Below are positions 42,153-51,081 of a DNA stretch of 64,000 bases, one piece after another. Position 1 is the stretch's first letter, and every line of letters begins with the position of its first letter. The notes beneath the pieces were generated by a model. It made no database searches. It was not told the DNA's origin and saw only the letters and a program-made list of their open reading frames with translations. The stretch comes from an uncultured Thermoleophilia bacterium (GTDB taxonomy: Bacteria; Actinomycetota; Thermoleophilia; UBA2241), in contig CAVPCT010000005.1 of NCBI GenBank assembly GCA_963702475.1, positions 160,001 through 224,000 on the forward strand, written 5' to 3'. A program made the translations under genes and the position numbers.

Positions 42153-42171
42153 TTGCGCCATTCTACCTCTC

Positions 42172-42205
42172 CGGAGGACGGCGGGTCGGAGCCCGCCGTC
42201 CTCCG
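42172..42205. terminator. 14-bp perfect hairpin
   Basis: CGGAGGACGGCGGG-6 nt-CCCGCCGTCCTCCG. Confidence 0.7.
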
Positions 42206-42212
42206 AAGGGTC

Positions 42213-42300
42213 TCAGCGCTTCACGATGACGGTGGCGGTCGCCGTCGCGTACCCGTCCTTCGTCACGGTGATCGCGATCTTGCCGGCCTTGGCAACCGCC
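42213..42300 (-). pseudogene. Orphan 3' end of a probable secreted/Ig-like protein gene
   Basis: AVAKAGKIAITVTKDGYATATATVIVKR* with gene-like codon use, followed by the hairpin; no credible start. Confidence 0.4.
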
Positions 42301-42361
42301 CTGCGCCCGCCCGGACACCGGGCATACAATCGGAGCGCACGCCAGCTCCCCGGGAGGTCCC

Positions 42362-43099
42362 ATGCCTGCCTCGCCCGATCCCAGCTCCCTGCTCGCCGCC
42401 CTCGACCTGCAGACGCCGCTCGTCGGACTGTACGACGCCCCCGATCCGGACGCGTTCGCGCCGCTCGTCGAGCCACCGCAGGAGGCGCGGCGCGGGCCCT
42501 GCCTGTTCCACTACTACCAGCGCTGGCTGAAGGCGGAGACACTGCACCTGACGCCCGACAGCTTCGGCTGCGGCGGCTGCGGGCGCAGTCTGTTCGGCAT
42601 CCAGGTGCGCGAGCGCGAGGATTTCATCGACTTCCTGTGGGGCGACGAAGGCCTGCGCGCCACGCGCGAGCAGATGGGCACGTTCGTGGACCACGCCCCC
42701 ACGTACTACGCGGAGCACGGACACGTGCTGGTCGGGCCGCTGCGGGAGGGGCAGGAGGCGTACCTGCGGTCGGTCACGTTCTGGGTGAACGCCGACCAGC
42801 TGTGCGTACTGCAGCACGGCGCCTACCACTGGCAGTCGTGGGGCGAGCCCGACCCGGTCACCGTGCCGTTCGGGTCGGGCTGTTCGCAGCTCGTCGCCTG
42901 CTTCCGCGACCTGGACGAGCCCCAGGCGGTGATCGGCGGCACCGACATCGCCATGCGCGACGGACTGCCGCCGGGTCTGCTGGCCTTCACCGTCACGGTG
43001 CCGATGTACGAGCGTCTCTGCACGCTGGGCGATGACAGCTTCCTGGGCAAGGGGTTTCTCGCGCACCTGCGGAAGGCGCGCGGCGGATCGCTGGGTTGA
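42362..43099 (+). CDS. DUF169 family protein
   Basis: FGCGGCG, PFGSGC, AVIGGTDIAMR, FTVTVPM; GGGAGG RBS. Confidence 0.75.
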   Translation: MPASPDPSSLLAALDLQTPLVGLYDAPDPDAFAPLVEPPQEARRGPCLFHYYQRWLKAETLHLTPDSFGCGGCGRSLFGIQVREREDFIDFLWGDEGLRATREQMGTFVDHAPTYYAEHGHVLVGPLREGQEAYLRSVTFWVNADQLCVLQHGAYHWQSWGEPDPVTVPFGSGCSQLVACFRDLDEPQAVIGGTDIAMRDGLPPGLLAFTVTVPMYERLCTLGDDSFLGKGFLAHLRKARGGSLG

Positions 43100-43152
43100 G
43101 CAGGGCGGGGCCCGGCCGTGAGGCAGAGGGTGCGCTCCGGTAGAATCAGGTC

Positions 43153-43449
43153 ATGACCCGCCGAGAAGCGCTCCGGCGCATCAACCGCAACCAGGACAAG
43201 CTGCGTGCGATGGCCGTGCGGCACATCGCCGTGTTCGGTTCCACCGCCCGCGACCAGGCCACCCTCCACTCGGACGTCGACCTCCTGGTGGAGTTCGAGG
43301 CCGAGGCGCACGTGGGGCTGTTCGCCTTCGTGCGCCTCCTGGATTTCCTGGCCGACGTCATGGACACGCGCATCGACCTGGCGACACCCGACGCGCTGCG
43401 CCCCGAGATGCGCGACGAGATCCTGCAGGAGGCCGTCCGTGCCTTCTGA
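43153..43449 (+). CDS. Minimal nucleotidyltransferase (MntA-type antitoxin)
   Basis: VFGSTARDQATLHSDVDLLVEF (GSX10DXD); leaderless. Confidence 0.9.
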   Translation: MTRREALRRINRNQDKLRAMAVRHIAVFGSTARDQATLHSDVDLLVEFEAEAHVGLFAFVRLLDFLADVMDTRIDLATPDALRPEMRDEILQEAVRAF

Positions 43450-43843
43450 GCCTCCGGCCGCGCCCGACCGCCGGCACGCGGCCCACCTGGAGCGAGAGAC
43501 CCGGCTCAAGTTCCGCGACTGGCGCTTCCGCGTGCGCGACATCCTCACCGCCGTCAGGGCCGTCGGCGCCTACACCCGGGGCATGACGTACGAGGAGTTC
43601 TGCGCCGACCAGCGCACCGTCGATGCCGTCGTCCGCAACCTGATGACCATGGGCGAGTCCATCCGCTGGATTCCCGAGCCCGTCCTCGACGACCACCCCG
43701 AGGTCCCGTGGCGGGTGATGCGCGCCGTGCGCAACGTGGTGGTGCACGAGTACTTCGGCATCGATTCACGCATCCTCTGGGCCACGGTGCAGCACGACCT
43801 GCCCCCGCTGGTGTCCAGGCTGGAGACCGTGCTGGAGTCGTAG
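43439..43843 (+). CDS. HEPN/DUF86 (HepT-type) RNase toxin
   Basis: DAVVRNL..MGE, PEVPW...RNVVVHEYFGID (RX4HXY); start overlaps the MNT end. Confidence 0.88.
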   Translation: MPSEPPAAPDRRHAAHLERETRLKFRDWRFRVRDILTAVRAVGAYTRGMTYEEFCADQRTVDAVVRNLMTMGESIRWIPEPVLDDHPEVPWRVMRAVRNVVVHEYFGIDSRILWATVQHDLPPLVSRLETVLES

Positions 43844-43882
43844 GCTTGCCGCCTGCGGCCGCCCGCCCCCTCCGACCCACCT

Positions 43883-44506
43883 CTACTTGAGCCTGAAGCT
43901 CAGGTCGGCGACGGCGAAGACCGTGGTCGTGTCGATCGTCCCCACGAGCGCCGACTGCAGAGCGACGGCGAGCTGAGGCGTGAGCCGGAACTGCGCGCCG
44001 CGGACGACGACCTGCTTGCCCGTCTTGAGATACCGCGCGCCATTGGCCGACACCATCACGTCGGCGCGCGTCACCGGCGCCCCGCCGATGGCGGCGTTCA
44101 GCACGATGCTGGAGGGCCCGTCGACGCGGGCCCGCAAGCCGGTCAGCGGCAGGGAGGCGCCGGTGGCGACGTTGACGAAGCGGAGGCCGCCCTTGTGCAC
44201 GAGCGTCCCCCGCCTGGCCGCGGGGTCGAAGCTGCCGCCGGCCGCCATGGGCACGCGGAACGACCAGCTCAGGGCGCCGTCCCACAGAAAGCGGAAGGTC
44301 GCCGGCGGCACGTCGATCACGGCGACGTCCTGCGCGGTGAGCGCCGCGACACGGGCGCCGGGCACCGTGAGCGTCGTCGCTCCGCTCACGACCTTCTGCC
44401 TGCCGGCGAAGGCGGGGCAGGCCCACAGCAGCAGCACGGTCACGGCTGTCGCGCCCAGCGCGACCGCCCTGACGGCCCGTCCTCGACTCGCGTGTGCACA
44501 GACCAT
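43883..44506 (-). CDS. Secreted beta-rich protein (possibly HtaA-like), unknown function
   Basis: Signal peptide ending PAFA; GTLVHKGGLRF motif. Confidence 0.6.
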   Translation of the reverse strand: MVCAHASRGRAVRAVALGATAVTVLLLWACPAFAGRQKVVSGATTLTVPGARVAALTAQDVAVIDVPPATFRFLWDGALSWSFRVPMAAGGSFDPAARRGTLVHKGGLRFVNVATGASLPLTGLRARVDGPSSIVLNAAIGGAPVTRADVMVSANGARYLKTGKQVVVRGAQFRLTPQLAVALQSALVGTIDTTTVFAVADLSFRLK

Positions 44507-44676
44507 GCCGCCTCCCGTCGTCTTCGCCGTCCCTGGATGGCGGGTGCCCCCACGGTGCACCCCTAGCTGAGGCCTCGTCCGTCGCTCAGCGAGCGCCGCG
44601 GGCGTTCCGCCGCCCACGGCGTATACAATCGCACCTGTCCGCGGCGTCCGGTCCGCGGCCCGCAAGGAGTCCCCCG

Positions 44677-45674
44677 GTGCAGCCAGGCCCTTACGAGCAC
44701 GTCCAGTATGCCACGCTGGGCTGGAGAGCCGCTGCGGTCCTGGTGGACACGCTCATCGTCCTCGTGGTGTCGTCCGTCGTCCTGGCCCTGCTCATGGCCT
44801 TCGGCGTGTTCGACATCGGCTTCAGCGGCACGCCCACGTTCGACGAGATCGTGGACGTGAGCCGCTCCGCACCCGGGTGGATCACGCTGCTCGAGTACGG
44901 CCTCGTCTTCGTGTACTTCACGCTCTTCGAGCTCAGAGGGACCACCCCGGGCAAGCGCATCTTCAAGCTCAACGTGCTGACGGAGGAAGGCGCGCGCCCC
45001 TCTCCGGGTGCGGTGGTCGTCCGTAACGCCGTCCGCATCCCCGAGATGTACCTGCTGTACATCCCATCGGCCGTGTCGTGCGTCGTGAGCAGCCGCCGCA
45101 AGCGACTGGGCGACTACGCCGCGCGCACGGTCGTGGTCCGTCGCGTCACCTCACCCGTGCCGGTGCGCGCCGGCGGCTGGCCGCAGGCGTCCGCGCCGGC
45201 GCCTCCGGCACCCGCGCCGCCGCGCCGCCGGCGCCGCCGGCGGTACCGGACGCGGCGACGCCGGCCACGGCGGCGGCCGAGGACGTGACGCCGCCGGCCG
45301 GGCCACCACCGCTCGACGAGGCCGTGGCCGACCTGCGGAGCGCCGCGCTCGCGGTGCTCGGCGCACACCACCTCTACCTCAGGTTCTCGGAAGTGGAGCT
45401 GGCGAGAGGCGGCGGCGAGCACGCGGAGCTCTCCGATGAGTACGCCGCCGCCTGGTACTCCCTGGCCGACACCGTGATCGCCCTGCAGCAGGCCCACGCC
45501 GTCGCGCAGCAGGCCGCGGCGCGCGACGGCACCACGCTGCAAGCCGCGTGCGCCGGCCAGGCCGACCTGTCGCACCTCTTCCGCGAGCTCGAGCCCTACT
45601 TCACGGCCGGGTCCGACGACGAGGTGCACGAGGCGTATCTGCGGGTCGCCCGCGGGGAGACCCGGGACACCTGA
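44677..45674 (+). CDS. RDD family membrane protein with Pro-rich linker and helical C-domain, frameshifted near 45220
   Basis: WRAAAVLVD, GTTPGKRIFKL, RLGDYAARTVVV; AAGGAG RBS; C-terminal domain continues in another frame. Confidence 0.75.
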
Positions 45675-45769
45675 CCACCCCGCCTCCCCGGTACGGCGCC
45701 CCACTCCGTGTCCTCGGCGCCGCGGTGCGCTACGATGGGCGCCAAGGGGGTCGGGTGAAAGGGGTGGGC

Positions 45770-46867
45770 ATGACACCGGGCACTTCCACATCTCGCCGGC
45801 GGCGCGCGAGGACCATCCCGCGGCCGCGACGCTTCATCGTCCTGCCGGCGCTCGCCGTCGCGCTCTTCGCCACGTGCGCCGCGCCGGCTACGGCACGCCA
45901 GGATGCTGGCCGGGGCGCGCCGAGGGTCTTCCCCGTCTGCATCGAGATGGGCGGCCAGGCCGGACCCGACATCGCCGGCCGCATGGTCGTGTGGACCGAC
46001 AACCGCAACGGCCAGCTCGACATCTACGGCCGCAACCTGGGCAAGACCGCCGACTTCTCCGTCTGCTCCGCCGACGGCTCGCAGGACAACCCCAGCGTCA
46101 CGGCTTTCGAGGCCGGCGGCCGCACCCAGTACCAGGCGGTGTGGGTCGACAAGCGCCTCCACGAGAACGGCGACATCCACGGGCGCAACATCACCACGCG
46201 CAACGACTTCACCGTCGCGCGCAGCACCGCCTACAAGTGGTTCCCTGAGATCTGCGACCACTGGGTCGTGTGGCTGGAGGCGGTCGATACGGCCGGCCCC
46301 TACACGGTCAAGGCGCGCGACCTCACCGCCGGCAAGACCTACAAGGTGGCGGTGACCACAGTGCTCAGCAGCCTGGGTGTCTCTCACCGCACCGTGGACG
46401 GCGCCGAGGTGCACACCGCGGTCTACGCGTCTTCCGGGGGCAACATCAGCGGCCGCGACCTCCCCGACGGCGTCACGTTCAACGTCTCGCAATCGAGCGT
46501 CTTCGAGTGGAACCCCGACATCAGCGGCGACCGCGTCGTGTGGTGGCAGAGCGGAGAGAAGGTCCTGCTGCGCAACCTGAAGAACGGGAAGCGGACCCTG
46601 GTGGGCACGGGCTCGCGGCCGCGCGTCGACGGCGAGCTGGTCGTGTGGGACGGAGGCGGTCACGGCGGCGAGTTCGTCATCGACTACAAGGCCGGCGCCG
46701 CCGTCTACGTGCGCAACGTCGCTCGCAGCAAGAACGTGACGAAGATCACGCAGAAGGACCTCACCTGCCTCTTCCCCGCGGTGAGCGGCACCACGGTGGT
46801 ATGGGAGGCGGGGCCGGCACGACGCGTGCTGGGGCACATCCACCTCTACGGCGCGACTGTGCCCTGA
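45770..46867 (+). CDS. Secreted beta-propeller repeat protein
   Basis: Signal peptide; repeats PDIAGRMVVWTDNRNGQLDIY, PDISGDRVVW, PRVDGELVVW, PAVSGTTVVW. Confidence 0.75.
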   Translation: MTPGTSTSRRRRARTIPRPRRFIVLPALAVALFATCAAPATARQDAGRGAPRVFPVCIEMGGQAGPDIAGRMVVWTDNRNGQLDIYGRNLGKTADFSVCSADGSQDNPSVTAFEAGGRTQYQAVWVDKRLHENGDIHGRNITTRNDFTVARSTAYKWFPEICDHWVVWLEAVDTAGPYTVKARDLTAGKTYKVAVTTVLSSLGVSHRTVDGAEVHTAVYASSGGNISGRDLPDGVTFNVSQSSVFEWNPDISGDRVVWWQSGEKVLLRNLKNGKRTLVGTGSRPRVDGELVVWDGGGHGGEFVIDYKAGAAVYVRNVARSKNVTKITQKDLTCLFPAVSGTTVVWEAGPARRVLGHIHLYGATVP

Positions 46868-46921
46868 CGGTCGTCGCGCCCCGGCCGGCCGCAGCGCCGC
46901 CGGGCCGGCCTGTGCGCCCGC

Positions 46922-47090
46922 TCAGCCTTCGGGCTCGGGCGTGAACGCGAACCCGCCCTCCACCGCCCGCAGGCAGGCGGCTGCGACCTCGGGGCGGTAA
47001 TCCGCGCCGGCGCCGGCGCGCACCTCCTCGAGGGCGCCCTCCATGCCGAGGGCGGGACGGTAGGGGCGGTGCGAGCTCATCGCCTCGTGG
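46922..47090 (-). pseudogene. HD-GYP C-terminal fragment
   Basis: EAMSSHRPYRPALGMEGALEEVRAGAGADYRPEVAAACL; upstream HD/GYP part absent. Confidence 0.7.
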
Positions 47091-47136
47091 GCGGAGCGCG
47101 GAGGCCGCGCGCGAAGCACGCGCCCGCGGGACGAGC

Positions 47137-48294
47137 TCACGGCCGACTCGCCAGGAAGGACTGGGCGGTCTCCATCCAGCCGGCGATGGCGATTCCCTGC
47201 GGACAGAGCTCCTCGCACTCGCGACAGGCCGTGCAGCGGTCGGCGCGCACCTCGTCCTCGAGCCAGCTGTACTGGAGGCGCTGGCGTGTGGGCTCACCGT
47301 ACCTGTGCGCGTCGTTCATCAATCCAAGGATCTCCGGGATGGCGACGCCCTGCGGGCACGGCACGCAGTACCGGCAGGATGTGCAGGGGATCGGGCTGAG
47401 CTCGCGGTAGACCTCGCGGACCTGCGCCACGATGTCGAGCTCCTCCGTCGTGAGCAGGCCGGGTCGCGAGCGGTCCGCGTACTCGAGGTTCTGCTCGACC
47501 TGCTCCATGGTGCTCATGCCGCTGAGCAGGAACGACACCTCCGGCAGGCTCCAGACCCACTGCAGGGCCCACTCGGCCGGCGACCGCTCGACGGGGGCGG
47601 CGTCCCACAGGGCCTGCACGCGCGGCGGCACGTGCTGCGCCAGCATGCCGCCGCGCACCGGTTCCATGACGATGACACCCATGCCGCGGGCGGCGGCCAG
47701 CTCGAGCCCGCGCCGCCCGGCCTGGAACTCCTCGTCCATGTAGTTCAGCTGGATCTGACAGAGCTCCCACAGGTCGGTCGCCTCGAGGACCTGCGGGAAC
47801 AGATCGGCAGTGCCGTGGAAGCTGAAACCGAGGTGCCGGATGCGTCCGTCGGCCAGGGCCCGCTCCGCCGCGGCCAGCTGGTCGTGCTCCAGCACCTGCC
47901 GCCAGTGCCGCTCGTCGATGCTGTGCAGCAGGTAGAAGTCGACGGCGTCCAGCTGAAGCCGCTCGAGCTGGGTCGCGAGCAGGCGGTCGAAGTCGCCGGC
48001 CTTCTGCACGTGCCACACCGGCATCTTCGTGGCCACCTTGACCTTGTCGCGGTAGCCGCCCCCGAGCGCCTCGCCGAGCCACGCCTCGCTGGTCTCGCCG
48101 TGGTATATCCAGGCGGTGTCGACGTAGTTGACGCCGCCGTCCACGGCCCGCCGCAGCATCGCCGTGGCCACGTCGTGATCGATGCGGGTGTTGTCGGGAC
48201 GCCCGTCGGGGCCCGCGCGCACCGGCAGGCGCATCGCTCCGAAGCCGAGCGCCGAGGGAGTGAAGTCGAGACTGCCGAACGTGCGGTACTGCAT
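47137..48294 (-). CDS. Aldo/keto reductase with C-terminal 4Fe-4S dicluster
   Basis: LGFGAMRLP, YVDTAW.Y, ATKMP, YLLH, CTSCRYCVPCP, CTACRECEELCP. Confidence 0.9.
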   Translation of the reverse strand: MQYRTFGSLDFTPSALGFGAMRLPVRAGPDGRPDNTRIDHDVATAMLRRAVDGGVNYVDTAWIYHGETSEAWLGEALGGGYRDKVKVATKMPVWHVQKAGDFDRLLATQLERLQLDAVDFYLLHSIDERHWRQVLEHDQLAAAERALADGRIRHLGFSFHGTADLFPQVLEATDLWELCQIQLNYMDEEFQAGRRGLELAAARGMGVIVMEPVRGGMLAQHVPPRVQALWDAAPVERSPAEWALQWVWSLPEVSFLLSGMSTMEQVEQNLEYADRSRPGLLTTEELDIVAQVREVYRELSPIPCTSCRYCVPCPQGVAIPEILGLMNDAHRYGEPTRQRLQYSWLEDEVRADRCTACRECEELCPQGIAIAGWMETAQSFLASRP

Positions 48295-48363
48295 CGCCGG
48301 CATCCTACCGGAATCGGCCGCACGAGCGGTACGCGGGGGATGGCGGCGGCAGTAGAATCGCAG

Positions 48364-49050
48364 ATGGGGATGCGAGGGGAGACCGCGTCGCGAGGAGGGC
48401 CGGGAGTGGACGGTCTTGATCAGCCACGGGCGTTCGAACGGGCGCTGTTGCGCGGCGACCGCGCGGCGGCGCGAGCCCTGCTGCGCGGCGACCTGAGCGC
48501 CGCCGACCCCGTCTCGGTCTCCGAGGCGGTCGTCGTCCCCGCGCTCGAGCACATCGGGGCGTCCTGGGAAGCGGGCGACATCTCCCTGGCCACGCTCTAC
48601 CTCAGCGGCGTGCTGGCCGAGGAGGTCGTCGCCGAGGTGCTGCCCAGCGCCCGGCCCGCCGCCGGGGGCACGCCGAGCATCGCCATCGTGGTCCTTGAAG
48701 ACCACCACGTGCTCGGTAAGCGCCTCGTGCTCTCGGCACTGCACTCAGCAGGCTACGCGGTCGAGGACTACGGCCACGGCCTGTCGCCGCGGGACATCGT
48801 GGCACGCTGCCGCGCCGAGGAGCCGCGCGTCCTTCTCGTGTCGACGCTCATGCTGCCCGCGGCCCTCAAGGTCCGCGACCTCGCCGACGCGCTCGCCGGC
48901 CTCGACCGGCGCCCGGCCCTGTTCGTGGGCGGAGCGCCGTTCCGGCTCGATCCCGCGCTCTGGCGCGAGGTCGGCGCCGACGGCGCGGGCCACAACTCGG
49001 CGGACGCGCTGCGCCTCGTGCGGAGCGTACTGGAGGAAGGGTACCGATGA
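48364..49050 (+). CDS. Corrinoid (cobalamin-binding) methyl-carrier protein (start may be GTG 48406)
   Basis: PALEHIGASWE cap domain, EDHHVLGKRLV (DxHxxG), VSTLM, VGGAPF. Confidence 0.85.
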   Translation: MGMRGETASRGGPGVDGLDQPRAFERALLRGDRAAARALLRGDLSAADPVSVSEAVVVPALEHIGASWEAGDISLATLYLSGVLAEEVVAEVLPSARPAAGGTPSIAIVVLEDHHVLGKRLVLSALHSAGYAVEDYGHGLSPRDIVARCRAEEPRVLLVSTLMLPAALKVRDLADALAGLDRRPALFVGGAPFRLDPALWREVGADGAGHNSADALRLVRSVLEEGYR

Positions 49051-50090
49051 AGTCCGTCATGTCGCCCATGGAGCGCGTGCTCACCACGCTCCGTTGCACG
49101 GAGCCCGACCGCGTCCCCTTCTTCCTGCTGCTCACCATGCACGGCGCCAAGGAGCTGCAGGTGCCGCTCCCCGACTACCTGCGGAACCCCGAGCTGGTCG
49201 CCGAGGGCCAGCTGCGCCTGCGAGAGAAGTTCGGCCACGACTGCCTCGTCGGGGCGCCGTACGCCGCCGCCGACGTGGCTGCGTGGGGCGGCGAGGTCGT
49301 GTTCCGGGACGACGGCCCGCCGAACGCCGGGGAGCCGTTCATCAAAGATGTCGAGGCCATCCGCACGCTGGAGCCGCCGCCCATCGAGGGCAACCCGGCT
49401 GTGGCCGCCACCCTGCGCGTCATCGAGCTCCTCGCCCAGCGCTCCCGCGACGTCCCCATCGTCGGCGGTCTGGTGGCCCCGTTCTCGCTGCCCGTCATGC
49501 AGCTCGGCTTCGAACAGTACCTGCTCCTGATGACCGGCCGGCCGGACCTCTTCGAACGCCTCATGGCTGTCAACGAGGACTACTGCGTCGCGGTCGCCAA
49601 CGCGCAGCTGAAGGCCGGCGCCACCGCCGTGGCGTTCGCCGACCCGGTGGCGTCCACCACGATCGTCGCGCCCCAGGTGTACCGCGACGTCGCCGGCCGC
49701 ATCGCAGCCCGCACAGTCGCCCGTGTCCGCGGCGGGGTCGCGCTCAACGTGGCCGCGGGACGCTGTCTGGAGATCATCCCGGACATGGTGCGGACCGGGG
49801 CGGTGGCGATCCACGTCGGCCCCGACGAGGACCTGGCCGACCTCAAGCGCGCCGCCGGCGGCGACGTCGCCCTGCTCGGCAACCTCAACGGCGTCACCAT
49901 GCGTCACTGGACGCAGACAGAGGCAGAAGCCGAGGTCAAGAAGGCGCTCGCGGCCGGCGGTCCGGGCGGCGGTTTCGTCCTGGCCGATGGGCACGGCGAG
50001 ATCCCCTTCCAGGTGCCCGACGAGGTGCTGTTCGCCATCGCTGAGGCCGCCCGCACCTGGGGCACGTACCCACTGGACTGGGCGACGTGA
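49047..50090 (+). CDS. Uroporphyrinogen-decarboxylase-fold methyltransferase (MtaA/CmuA-like)
   Basis: EPDRVP, APFSL, LLGNLN, GGGFVLADGHGEIP; ATGA overlap with the corrinoid gene. Confidence 0.82.
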   Translation: MKSVMSPMERVLTTLRCTEPDRVPFFLLLTMHGAKELQVPLPDYLRNPELVAEGQLRLREKFGHDCLVGAPYAAADVAAWGGEVVFRDDGPPNAGEPFIKDVEAIRTLEPPPIEGNPAVAATLRVIELLAQRSRDVPIVGGLVAPFSLPVMQLGFEQYLLLMTGRPDLFERLMAVNEDYCVAVANAQLKAGATAVAFADPVASTTIVAPQVYRDVAGRIAARTVARVRGGVALNVAAGRCLEIIPDMVRTGAVAIHVGPDEDLADLKRAAGGDVALLGNLNGVTMRHWTQTEAEAEVKKALAAGGPGGGFVLADGHGEIPFQVPDEVLFAIAEAARTWGTYPLDWAT

Positions 50091-50183
50091 GGGCGCGGGC
50101 CCGCGAGGGCCCCGCCGCGCCCCGCTCCGCGCACGGTCTGCTACACTCTGCCGCGCCGCCGCCAGCTGCGAAGGAGTCTCCCC

Positions 50184-51053
50184 ATGGTCCTCAAGCTCGG
50201 CTTGCCCAAAGGCAGCCTCGAGAACGCCACCATCGACCTCATGCGCCGCGCTGGGTTCCTGATCACCGTCGCGTCGCGCTCGTACTTTCCCGCCATCGAC
50301 GACCCCGAGATCGAGTGCATGCTCGTGCGTGCGCAGGAGATGGCGCGCTACGTGGAGGACGGCGCCCTCGACTGCGGCCTCACCGGCCACGACTGGGTCG
50401 TCGAGAACCGCGCCAAAGTGCACAAGGTGTGCGACCTGGTCTACGCCAAGCAGAGCTTCGGCAAGGTCCGCTGGGTGCTCGCCGTGCCGCGCGACTCAGA
50501 CGTGCAGACGCCCGCCGACCTCGAGGGACGCGTGGTCGCGACCGAGCTGGTCGGCGTCACGAAGCGCTGGCTCGAGCAGCGTGGTGTGAAGGCCAAAGTG
50601 GAGTTCAGCTGGGGCGCCACCGAGGCCAAGCTGCCCGAGCTCGCCGACGCCATCGTGGAGGTCACCGAGACCGGCTCCTCGCTCCGCGCCAACAAGCTGC
50701 GCATCGTCGAGACGGTGCTGGAGTCGACCACCCAGCTCATCGCCAACCACAGTGCCTGGCAGCACTCCGAGAAGCGCCAGAAGATCGAGGACATGGCGCT
50801 CCTGCTGCAGGGCGCCATCGCCGCGTTGGACAAGGTCGGTCTGATGCTGAATGTGAAGACCGAGGACCTCGACGCCGTGCTCGCCGTGCTTCCCGCCTTG
50901 CGCAATCCCACGGTGTCGCACCTCAGTGACCCGGGCTGGGTGGCCGTCAACACCATCCTCGAAGAGAGCGTGGTGCGTCACATCATCCCGCGCCTCAAGG
51001 AGGTCGGCGCGGAGGGCATCGTGGAGTTCCCGCTCAACAAGATCGTGATGTGA
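50184..51053 (+). CDS. hisG: ATP phosphoribosyltransferase, long form
   Basis: [31 protein letters not shown]-terminal regulatory domain (NPTVS). Confidence 0.95.
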   Translation: MVLKLGLPKGSLENATIDLMRRAGFLITVASRSYFPAIDDPEIECMLVRAQEMARYVEDGALDCGLTGHDWVVENRAKVHKVCDLVYAKQSFGKVRWVLAVPRDSDVQTPADLEGRVVATELVGVTKRWLEQRGVKAKVEFSWGATEAKLPELADAIVEVTETGSSLRANKLRIVETVLESTTQLIANHSAWQHSEKRQKIEDMALLLQGAIAALDKVGLMLNVKTEDLDAVLAVLPALRNPTVSHLSDPGWVAVNTILEESVVRHIIPRLKEVGAEGIVEFPLNKIVM

Positions 51054-51081
51054 CGGGCGCGCCCCGGCCGGCGCAGCCGGC

